This document shows, one piece after another, positions 36,965 through 47,700 of a stretch of 64,000 nt of DNA. The stretch spans positions 248,001 to 312,000 of the forward strand of contig NIVC01000995.1 in assembly GCA_002269645.1 (NCBI GenBank), written 5' to 3'. Made by a program: the position numbers and the translations under genes. Source of the stretch: Macrostomum lignano. Lineage: Eukaryota. The notes below the pieces were generated by a model. The model ran no database searches. It was not told the origin of the DNA and worked only from the letters and a program-made list of their open reading frames with translations. The number at the start of each line of letters is the position of its first letter. Within the stretch, counting starts at the first letter, position 1.

Positions 36965-38452
36965 TGATCTCACCACTCTCCCCGCTATCCCTGACCAGTG
37001 CTCACCACTCTGCCTCTATCCCTGACCAGTGCTCACCACTCTCCACTCTATCCCTGACCAGTGCTCACCACTCCCCTCTATCCCTGACCAGTGCTCACCA
37101 CTCTCCACTCTATCCCTGACCAGTGCTCACCACTCTCCACTCTATCCCTGACCAGTGCTCACCACTCTCCCCTCTATCCCTGACCAGTGCTCACCACTCT
37201 CCACTCTATCCCTGACCAGTGCTCACCACTCTCCCCTCTATCCCTGACCAGTGCTCACCACTCTCCACTCTATCCCTGACCCTGACCAGTGCTCACCACT
37301 CTCCTTTCTATCCCTGACCAGTGCTCACCACTCTCCTTTCTATCCCTGACCAGTGCTCACCACTCTCCCTCTATCCCTGACCAGTGCTCACCACTCCCCT
37401 CTATCCCTGACCAGTGCTCACCACTCTCCACTCTATCCCTGACCAGTGCTCACCACTCTCCCCTCTATCCCTGACCAGTGCTCACCACTCTCCTTTCTAT
37501 CCCTGACCAGTCCTCACCACTCTCCACTCTATCCCTGACCAGTGCTCACCACTCTCCCTCTATCCCTGACCAGTGCTCACCACTCTCCCCTCTATCCCTG
37601 ACCAGTGCTCACCACTCTCCCTCTATCCCTGACCAGTGCTCACCACTCTCCCTCTATCCCTGACCAGTGCTCACCACTCTCCCCTCTATCCCTGACCAGT
37701 GCTCACCACTCTCCCCTCTATCCCTGACCAGTGCTCACCACTCTCCCCTCTATCCCTGACCAGTGCTCACCACTCTCCTCTCTATCCCTGACCAGTGCTC
37801 ACCACTCTCCCTCTATCCCTGACCAGTGCTCACCACTCTCCCTCTATCCCTGACCAGTGCTCACCACTCTCCTTTCTATCCCTGACCAGTGCTCACCACT
37901 CTCCCCTCTATCCCTGACCAGTGCTCACCACTCTCCCTCTATCCCTGACCAGTGCTCACCACTCTCCCCTCTATCCCTGACCAGTGCTCACCACTCTCCC
38001 CTCTATCTTTGACCAGTGCTCACCACTCTCCCTTTATCCCTGACCAGTGCTCACCACTCTCCCCTCTATCCCTGACCAGTGCTCACCACTCTCCTTTCTA
38101 TCCCTGACCAGTGCTCACCACTCTCCACTCTATCCCTGACCAGTGCTCACCACTCTCCCTCTATCCCTGACCAGTGCTCACCACTCTCCCCTCTATCCCT
38201 GACCAGTGCTCACCACTCTCCTTTCTATCCCTGACCAGTGCTCACCACTCTCCCTCTATCCCTGACCAGTGCTCACCACTCTCCCCTCTATCCCTGACCA
38301 GTGCTCACCACTCTCCCCTCTATCCCTGACCAGTGCTCACCACTCTCCCCTCTATCTTTGACCAGTGCTCACCACTCTCCCTCTATCCCTGACCAGTGCT
38401 CACCACTCTCCCTCTATCCCTGACCAGTGCTCACCACTCTCCCCTCTATCCT
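36965..38452 (+). repeat. 31-32-bp minisatellite (CCCTGACCAGTGCTCACCACTCTCCCCTCTAT), ~47 copies, filling Wnt intron 1
   Basis: Read directly; lies between donor 36917 and acceptor 38465. Confidence 0.95.
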
Positions 38453-38465
38453 GGCCGCTCCACAG

Positions 38466-38731
38466 TGGCCTGTACAAACTGGAAGCCCGCGCCGACAGAC
38501 CGGTCCAGAGCAACTTCTGCCAGGCCATGCAGTCGCGGATGATCTTCGATTTGAGCCAGGCCAAGTTCTGCAAAAAATGGACTCGAAGGGCAGCCAAGGC
38601 AGCCATTGTTTCCTCTCTGATCGAGGCCTCCAAGCAGACTTTGGCACTCTGCCAGCAGCAATTTCGCGGCTTCAGGTGGAACTGCGGCGTGCTGGAGCAC
38701 GTTCCTGAACTGGCGCCCGAGCTGCGAACCC
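38466..38731 (+). CDS. Wnt: Wnt exon 2
   Basis: CCACAG| acceptor; GLYK...FC...FC...LCQQQFRGFRWNC (Wnt CQxQFxxxRWNC motif); C|GTGAGT donor (phase 1). Confidence 0.9.
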
Positions 38732-39004
38732 GTGAGTGTCTCTAAAAGCACCAAGGATGGAATGTACTAGTAAATTTTTAAATCAACATCTCAAAAAAGG
38801 ATTTGGCATCATCATTATTTTAAACTTTTATTCTTTTGGCAAAACAATTCTCGCCGCTCTGTGTAACGTTCGCTTGGAATATCAAGCCAGCACATGTTCG
38901 ATAGATGTTACTAGCAATCAACCCCCCCCCAAGCCAACCAAGAATGAAACGTAAATTTTTTAATAAACTAAATGTAGCTTCTCGTTGCAATAACCTCAAC
39001 AATT

Positions 39005-39200
39005 AAGTCTTGACAGCTCAGCTATTCCCTCCGTAAGCCTTGAAATCTCAGCATTTCCCCCTAACCCTAACAATATCCCTAACTCCAAACCTAACCCTAA
39101 CCCTAACAGCAAAGACTTGACAGCATTATAGTGATTTCCTCCAAGACTTGACATCCCAAATTAATCTTCTATGTTCGACATGACGCTTCTTTTCTTTTTT
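39005..39200 (-). repeat. Modular repeat copy C (inverted) in Wnt intron 2
   Basis: Reverse complements of GAATAGCTGAG..TCAAG, TTAGGG runs and the CATAGAAG/GTCATGT module. Confidence 0.65.
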
Positions 39201-39282
39201 AAACGTCTGCCTGGGGACTGAACTGGCGTTTGGAGGCTGTTGGTTCAACATGAGCATTTGAAAGGCTTGTTAAGTGAGGGGC

Positions 39283-39560
39283 GGAGCAAGCTCAGCAGTT
39301 TACGCATCGGACACTCGCGCCAGGGTTGTTGGTTCGATTCTTGGATTGCTTGCTTGGATTTGGAATTTGAGCACTGAATGATGGCGTGAGGGTATGTCGT
39401 GCAATTTCACCCGCGAGACCCAACTCTCAAGGCACAGAGTGTGTACATCGCCTGACAATGTGACAGTCAAGGTCGCTGTACACCCAGTATGAGCGCGTGC
39501 CTGCGCACGTATCACTAGACAAAGGTTGCTAACACGTTGATGACCTAGTGCAGAGGCCTT
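39283..39560 (+). mobile_element. tRNA-derived SINE family A copy in Wnt intron 2
   Basis: GGTTCGATTC B-box; body GGAATTTGAGCACT...CAAGGCACAG..GTGTACAT matches the reverse complement of 42700-42932. Confidence 0.75.
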
Positions 39561-39639
39561 TGACACTTTGACACTTACAGTAGCACTGCTGTAAGAAACA
39601 CAGTAAATATAATTTGGATATTTTTCACGCACCACCCAG

Positions 39640-40142
39640 TGACAGCGGAGCAGGCCCTGGTGCACGCAATGTCCGGCTTTGTGCTGGCCACCACGCTGGC
39701 CAACGACTGCGCCAGAGGCGTCATCGCCAACTGCCCGTGCGGCGCCGAGCCCAGATGGCTGCGCGCCAGGTGGCCCGAGGTGCGCTTCAGCTTGGAAGGC
39801 TGCCACACCAACCTGCGCATGGGCCAGCGCCTGGCGCGCCAGTTCCTGGGCTTTGCCGGCAAGAGGAAGCGCGCGCGAAGGCGGAGGCCGAGAGGCCGCA
39901 GGACAGTGAAAACCTTCGATAGATTCGTCAAAAAGGTGAATCGGCACAATTATCGGGTGGGCATCAGGGCTACGAAGCACAGCGAAGCGGTCAGGTGCAA
40001 ATGCCACGGCAGCAGCGCCTCCTGCACGATCAGAACCTGCCACAAGGTGCTGCACCAGCGAGGCATCCAGATGATTCCGTCTGCCTACGTGCGGCGCTAC
40101 GAAGACGATCCTATCGATTTTTTAATTAACCTGTACGATAAG
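39640..40142 (+). CDS. Wnt: Wnt exon 3
   Basis: CCCAG| acceptor; TAEQALVHAM...DCARG...CPC; HNYRVG; CKCHGSSASCTIRTC lipidation hairpin; AAG|GTGAGG donor (phase 0). Confidence 0.92.
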
Positions 40143-40450
40143 GTGAGGCTCAAATTCGAACTATCACATAATTGTTGAGGTAGTTTAATTCATAATTATT
40201 CTACTTAGGCGATATGGAAGAGGTTTTAATAAGATGGAAAATATTTGGGATTTAAAGGATACGCGATACAGCAGGCGTACAGTATTGGCGGGCTTGTGTG
40301 TGCTCAAGGAGTCAGTTTTAGGGGTGGGACGATTTCGCGAAAGGCGTCCTCCCTTTCCTGCTGCAAATTGATGAATTATTTCTACTATCTCGGATGAAGT
40401 CGAGAGGTGAGAACGAAGCCTGAGTTCATAAATATAATTCCCCAATCCAG

Positions 40451-40677
40451 CAAAACCTGCGCCGCACCATATTTGACGAGCGCGGCTACCAAGGCTACGA
40501 GGAGCGCTGCACCGAGGCTGACAGGCAGGCTGGCAGCAACCCCCTGGCGGCGAAGCCGCTGTGCGAGTCATACAAAGTTGTCCCCGGCCTGCCCCGGGCA
40601 AGCGTGCTGCTGTTCAAGGAGCACTCGCTGGACTACTGCTCACGGAGGGAGGACGTTTATCCGGGAACTAGTAACAG
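40451..40677 (+). CDS. Wnt: Wnt exon 4
   Basis: ATCCAG| acceptor; reads QNLRR...LLFKEHSLDYC...YPGTSN (cf. LVYLxxSPDYC...GTxGR); AG|GTGAGA donor (phase 2). This frame is not in the ORF track. Confidence 0.85.
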
Positions 40678-40929
40678 GTGAGAACACTATGAGAACACTC
40701 AACCAAGGAGTGTGCATACAATAGCTCGCGCCAAAGAACTCGTTGACAGTGGGCTTGTTTGATTCCATAAAACATAAATTTGAGGCTCGTGCACAAAATA
40801 CTCGTATTTAAACCCATGAGGGCCAACCAAGAGGCCGCTGTGTCTACGTACGTATCCGCATGAGTTCTCAACATAGGTCAGAAAAATTGACACGAGAGCT
40901 TGCCTGCCTAACGTCGTGTTGACTTGGGG

Positions 40930-41185
40930 TAGTGCCCAAAGTCCTTATGAGTTAACCAACAAACTAAAAAGTGCCCAAAGCCCTTATGAGTCAACCAACA
41001 AACTAAAAAGTGCCCAAAGCCCTTATGAGTCAACCAACAAACTAAAAAGTGCCCAAAGCCCTTATGAGTCAACCAACAAATAAAAAGTGCCCAAAGCCCT
41101 TATGAGTTAACCAACAAACTAAAAAGTGCCCAAAGCCCTTATGAGTTAACCAACAAACTAAAAAGTGCCCAAAGCCCTTATGAGT
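40930..41185. repeat. 39-bp tandem repeat, ~6.5 copies, Wnt intron 4
   Basis: Unit AAAAAGTGCCCAAAGCCCTTATGAGTYAACCAACAAACT. Confidence 0.9.
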
Positions 41186-42699
41186 CGTCTCAATGATGCT
41201 TGGGCATCGGGCCCCAGTTGCAGACAGTACTTCTTCTGCTTTAAGGAATCAGGACTCAGAATATTACAAGAGTGTTTACCGCATGGGCACCCTCTATCTT
41301 GCGGCTTTTGGCGACAGTCAGTCATGTACACTCTCTGTGCCTTGAGGTTCGCCCTCCCTGGGTGTGAATAGACTGACAAACCCCAGGCCAGAACTCCATG
41401 TCGAAAGTCCGACCATCTTGGGGGGGGGGCGGTAAATGCGTCTGACTATTCCGGTTGGGCTTGTGAGATTTACACGCGACGCAGAGTTGGGGCTGGATGA
41501 GGAGGGATTGGGAAGAGCGGAGGGCGAAGACTGAGTGGATTGAAGCTTCCGCCCGGTTTTCATTGTTTTTTTCTCAAGCATTTTTTATATCAAAATGGTT
41601 GGCCAGGTGATAGGCGCTGGTGGATAGACACTGCTCACTGGGGCAAAGGGTGGCGACTTTTCAGTTGTTGAGTACAAGTCACTGCCGCGTCTGCGCGCTT
41701 TTGCTTGTGCGCGCTTATGCTTGTGCGCGCTTATGTCAGATATTGTAAAAAATACACATGCGCCGGGGCGAACACAGTTCATTTCAGGCGCATCCAATGC
41801 CAATAGAAATGGCCTCATATATCTAACTTACGGCCTGATAGAGACCCAACTTCCGGGATCTGTTGCAGGTGCTTTGGGGGAGGGGGCGCCGCGGCTGCCC
41901 ACGGAGAGTTGGACAAATTTATGACCCCCAACAGGCCCGCACTGCCTTGAAATCCCAGACGGCTATTAATAAGCTGGGCTGCCAAAACCAGCGGCTAAAC
42001 AGCGCTGCCCCCCCCCCAGATTGGATTGTTGGGACCGGGGAGTTGAAGTCCGAGATTCCTGGAACCCGGCGCTGCATGGCCGAGACGCGGAGCTCTAAAT
42101 CGAGCAATTGGAATGGAAGCTGATGAAGTGGCCGAAGCTTCTGCATGTTTGGATCGTACTTTTTTTCAGAAACTAACATGTATCTCTTATTACGATAAAT
42201 AGGTTGATACGCGCAGTTATTAGCAAACTTTGAAACGCAATTAAATTTATAATTATTGTAATCCAGTTGAGATGATCGGCGACATGCAGTCAGTTTCCAA
42301 TCCGGATAGCTAGTTTTAGAGCTCCATGGCGGAGGCGGCGGGCGCCAAACCGCCGCTCCGCTCCAGCCCGCGGCAGAGGGGGCCATGATTGATTGTCTCG
42401 CACCGGGCCCCGCATAGTTCCGCTATCAGGCCCCAATCTGTGCATTGGAAGCCACTCGGCCTACCCAGCCGGCCACTCAAAAGCCCGAAAAATCGCCCGA
42501 ACCTCCCCCCCCCCCACCACCACCGCTAAACAACAGGCCGAGGCTGCGGGCTGTTCAGGCCGCCAGTAATATTGAGTTCCTTGATATCTACAGGTGAAAA
42601 TTCATAGCTAAATATTTATTGTGAATATTGTGAATATTAGCTGCGTTTAGCGAACAGGGCCCTCGACTCACAATCGTGCCTTGACCTTCGTCATTTGAG

Positions 42700-42932
42700 T
42701 CAGATAGTAGTGAGGCGGCAAGCAGTCCGCCGACCGGATGCGTATGTAGGGGGTGCACGACGGCCCTGACTTTCTTATCATCAGGCATGTACACTCCCTG
42801 TGCCTTGTGGGTTGGCCTTCATGAGCGATAATCGCACGACAAGCTCTCATACCATTACTTAGTGCTCAAATTCCGAATCCGGAATCGAACCAAGGGACTC
42901 TGGTGCGAGAGTCAGACGGGCTACCGCTTGAC
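42700..42932 (-). mobile_element. tRNA-derived SINE family A copy in Wnt intron 4
   Basis: - strand head GGATGAGTAGTCAAGCGGTAG...GGTTCGATTCC (A/B boxes) plus the family core. Confidence 0.75.
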
Positions 42933-42992
42933 TACTCATCCAGGAATGTTCCTTTGCGTACCTAATTATCCTATGATCTGCCCCACCCGCAG

Positions 42993-43227
42993 GGAATGCC
43001 TGCCAGACGGCAGCCCGGAGGCGCAGCAGATTCTGGCCAGCGACACAGGGGAGCGCCGGCGCGAGATCCTCTGCAGCGTGATGTGCTGCGGCCGGCCCTA
43101 CAGGAACGTCACGGTCAGCTATCCAGGCAACCATCCCGACTGCAAGGCCAAGTCCTGCCGTCTGTTGCAGAATCCGTTCAGAGTGGACTGCCAGCCCTGC
43201 GTGCTGTCGAAATCTTTCTGCAGTTGA
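42993..43227 (+). CDS. Wnt: Wnt exon 5 (C-terminal Cys-rich domain). Total CDS 1335 nt, 444 aa; divergent, Wnt11-like features
   Basis: CCGCAG| acceptor; (R)ECLP...CSVMCCGRPY...C..C...FCS*. All four junction phases are compatible and exon lengths sum to a multiple of 3. Confidence 0.9.
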
Positions 43228-43349
43228 AGGGCCTTCAGCGCCCTCACAGCCCTTTCTCCGTCGCTGCTGTAATTGAATTTCATATCTATTCTGAGCTGGC
43301 TGACTGGCTATGCTGACTGCTTTTCAATTCGCTGCCTGTTCACTGAGTT

Positions 43350-43720
43350 CTATCGGCCCTTTGCCAGCTCCTTCTTTACGGCGCTTTTCTGCTCTCTGTC
43401 CGACTCTGTCCGACCCTGTCTGAGTATGTACGAGTCAGTCCGACCCTGTCCGATACTGTCCGAGTCAATCCAATACTGTCCGACCCTGTCCGATACTATC
43501 CGACCCTGTCCGACCCTGTCCGATAGTGTCCGACCCTGTCCCACCCTGTCCGATACTGTCCGAGTCTGTTCGACCCTGTCCGGGACTTCCTGTACTGTCC
43601 GACCCTATTCGATCTTATCCGACCTAGTACAACCTGTCCGGCTCTGACTTGCTCTGTCCGACTCTTTCCGACCCTTCCGACACTATCAGACTCTCTCAGA
43701 ACCTGTCCGACCCTGTCCGG
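43350..43720. repeat. Degenerate ~10-bp repeat (TGTCCGACCC)n downstream of the Wnt stop
   Basis: Read directly. Confidence 0.8.
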
Positions 43721-44704
43721 CTCTGTCCAATTCTCCCGGCTCTGCTGTCTTCTTCTATCTCAAACACTGTTTTCATATCTGTCTTCCTTCATTGCGCCAC
43801 TCGAAGGGCTGGTCCATATCGCCACGATAAACATGGCAGTCTTCCTCCTATCTGCCTGAAGCCGCGCAGTATTTCAGCTGCTGGTTTATAAGGAACAGAT
43901 CGAATGTAAGATGGTTTTTCGCCTTAAATTAAATCATTCTTGTCTTTGATATTCATCTTACTAGCCGTTCGCCCGCACTCTACTACTGGAGTAGTAGAAG
44001 AGGCATTTGTGGGGTGAATAAAATTCGGATTCTTATTGGTAAAAACTATTTACGTGGCTCAAAAAGACTGTGTGTGTATTTTTCTCGTCGTTTCCCTTGC
44101 CTCTTGCCCCTAAAAAACTTCTATTAAGCTTAGACAGACACTAGTGGCTTGTGTACATGTGACAATACGCTTGCAAACTTATTCAGCAAAAACATGGTTC
44201 TGTTAGTAGACTATCGTATTGTGCAGTGAAATTTTTATAAATGCAAAGTCGCTGCTTTTTATCATTTATTCTACTCTTTATCCAATGCTAAATACACATC
44301 ACTGCCTCATCTAATTTTTTTCAACGGAAAAATACCTGAAATTTGTGGAGAAACTTTTGATTTTGCAGTTCGGGTAAACTGGAACAGAATCGACTGAGGC
44401 GCGGAATCTGAGTACTGGGAATTTGGTTGAGGGGAATCCGATTGAAGGGAATTCAGTTCAGGGAACGCGGGCTGGCCTGGGTCGCCTTATGCTCGGTGCA
44501 CTCGGTGCTGCGATCTGAGGCTCTGGATGACGGGACAAGCTATTTCGAGCAGTCGTCGAGACTGTTCTGCTCTACAACCCTGACGCTGAACCCTGGACAC
44601 TGACGGATGCCCTGGAGAAACAGCTGGACGCCGCGCACTCTGCGATGCTGCGCTCTGCGTTCGACGTGCGCTGCGGCAGGGGTTCGAAGCCCAACGTCGA
44701 GCTC

Positions 44705-47700
44705 TTACTTACTTACTACTGACGGGGGGCAGAGCGCCGCGATTAGGCCGCGAGGCCCTTATCGCAACCCCAAGCTAAAAACAGAAAGGCGTTAGCCTTG
44801 GGGCTGCGCCCACCCCTCACCGGCAGCAGAAGAGCTCGCGAGAGTGGCGTCTGCGATCTTCATCCGTCCAGAATCCCGAACGAATGCGCGCAGGTCACGG
44901 ATCCGGTCCGGAGTGGTAAGCTCGTCCAGCCTTCGCGGGTGACCGAGGTGATGTCTCCGCGCCTCGTTGAAGTGCGGGCAGAAAGTGACGTGGTGCGTCG
45001 AGGTTTCCTCCTCTAGATCACAGAATGGGCAGATGGGGGAGCAGCCACTTTGCAGTGAAATATGTCTCTGGAAGAAGCCATGGCCAGTGATGACCATGCA
45101 CATCTCCCTGAGGTCAGTTTTACTTAAGGAGATTAGATATTCGGATACTTTCCGGTTTATGACAGGCATTGCTATTCGCGTTTGCCGATATTCGGAGCAG
45201 CTGTTCCAGTGAACCTGGTGCTGGCGGTTCAGCCACTCTTGAATGGCGCGATTGACTGATGACTTCGGAGAAGGTAACTTGACTGGGCGTTGCGCTCCGC
45301 CGGGGTGCAACCCCGCTTGGCGAGTTAATCTACCAGCTCATTGCCGAGGATGTTGCTGTGGCCTGGTGTCCAGATAACATTGATCCTGTTGAGAATCGCC
45401 AGGGTATGCAAGCTTTTGAGGCAGTCTGAAACTGACTTGGTTGAGAGCTTGATGGAAGACAAGGCCTTAATAGCGGCCTGGCTGTCAGAGTAAAAATTAA
45501 TATCAAACTGCTGATGCCAGCTTGTGCAAATTTGCTCAGCGCACTGGTTGATGCCTACAACTTTGGATTGAAAAACCGAGACATTCTCACCAAGATGAAG
45601 ACTCTCTTGTAAGATCGCTTCACCCTTGTGGAAAATGGCAATGCCCGCACCAGCGAGACCGTCACACAGGGATCCGTCAGTGAAGCAGTGAATACCCTGG
45701 CTTCTCCAGTTGATGCCCCAAGGACCACTAGAAGTTACCGTTGTATCAGGACGCAACACTCGTAAATATTGCAATATTATTTGAAGGCCCGCTTGTTTAC
45801 GTGTACTTGCAGCCTTCAAAAAAGTATTTTACTTGACTGTTTTAAAGAAGCATGCACTACATTTGAGCCTCAGAAGCTCCATAAATAGGTGTATTTATAC
45901 TTTATTTAGGCTTTAATCTGTTAAATCTAGATAGTTTAAGTAATTATATCAATATGAAACTCGTTTTAGAATTTCCTAAGCCAAGGTTTTATGCAGACAG
46001 TTGACATATACTGCTAAGTGCTAGAACTACTAATTCGACAAAGCTTGAGAAAAGGATCAGATGGGCTTCTAACTAATTAACTATCAACAAAAAAGTAGTT
46101 CAACAAGTATATTATTATACTAACTTATAGGCCTAACCTTAGCCTTTTTGCTGTCATGGAAGTTGTCATTATCATACTAAAGCTAGTAGGCGTAGGCCTA
46201 ACAACAGCTAGGCCTAGCTACTATGCCTAGGCCTACCATGATTTATTATATTCTATTATTGTTTTAAAATAGGCCTAGCTTGTTAACTTAGATCTAGTTA
46301 TTTTAAGGTAAAAATTGTCAAATCAAATTTCCCTATATATATCATGCCAAATTCAATTATTGGAAGACTTGAAGACTAATCTCATATAGGACCTACTCAT
46401 GCTTAGGCCTAATGACATGTTAGTGTCAGACAAGTCAAATGATAGTTTACTATTTGTTTTTCATCTATCCAACCAATAGGATATTGCTGTAGTTAACCTA
46501 TGCCTTTTTATTTGTATTGAGTATATAATTTAGCATAGGGCCTATTGAAGTTGTTTTCACATAGGCCTAGGAACAACCAGGCTAAAGTTTATTATATTGG
46601 CTTTTTTATAATTTCTTAATGTATTTTTTACTAAAATACTTTTTTCTACTTTTAACAATAATACTATAATGTACTACTATTTTAAAGATATGGATATTTT
46701 TAGCACCTAGTCCTAGGCCTATTTTTAGAAGTTAAAAATATTGCTGCAACTTTTTTCTTTAGTTTTCTTTTATTACCAGTTGGCAGTTTCTGTTTGCTTG
46801 CAATTCTTTGTATTAATATAATATAGAATTATTTGCAAAAAACATTTTGGCTTTCAATTATCTTTAGTCTTTAAATATATTATTATTATTATTTATTTTT
46901 ATTATTTATTTTTGGTTTGATAATTTGTTGAAAATTTTGTTAGATATAGGGTTCTATTAATAATTATTTAGGCATATATTCATTACTTACATGACAATCT
47001 TATATTAGTTAGTACCTTCAATATGAAAAAAGTTTTTTCCTCTCTTAATCCCTCTGGTTCTTTGAGACTTCTCTTTTCTTTCTCTTGTTTTCTCATTTCA
47101 TCTAAATCATCTTGCCATCTCTCTCTTCTCTCCTCTCTTATCCCTCCTCTTTTATCTTAACTCTTATTTCTGTTCTCTGCTCTCTACTCTTCTTTCCCTC
47201 TCCTCTCTTCTCTCTCCATTGTTTTCTTATCTTTCCTCTCCTCTTTTTCTCTTCTCTTTCCTCTGTTCTCTACTTTTCCATCTTTCCTCTCTGCTCTCTC
47301 ATCTTCCTCTTCTCTCATCTCTCATATCTTGTCTATTCACCTTTATATCTATATTCAATATACCTTAATTTTGTCAGTTTCATGTTAGTTAAACCAGCTA
47401 TGATTTTGATATTCTAAACTTTGTTTCATACATGTTGGATTATAGAGAAAATATATTCATTAACTAGAAACAAGGCTTTTATTTTGTTGTTCATTGCAAA
47501 GCATGTATTTATTAATCCCACATTGGTTTCATTCATGTTGTGCTGAGTCATCCAATCTAGATGTTCATCCATCAATGTCTGCTGAGCTACCATAGTGAAG
47601 TACTGTAATTAATTATGTTTTGTGATTTTAAGAGACTTTTTGACAATGTGACTTGATTGTCGATTGATATGAAGGTTCAATTGTTTAAAATACATTGGCT

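Noticed and set aside
36491-36967. 158-aa ORF upstream of Wnt
   Set aside because: Overlaps the real Wnt exon 1 in a different frame; no recognisable domain.
32960-38452. CRISPR-like appearance of the ~31-bp arrays
   Set aside because: Units are head to tail with no unique spacers; eukaryotic context and no cas genes.
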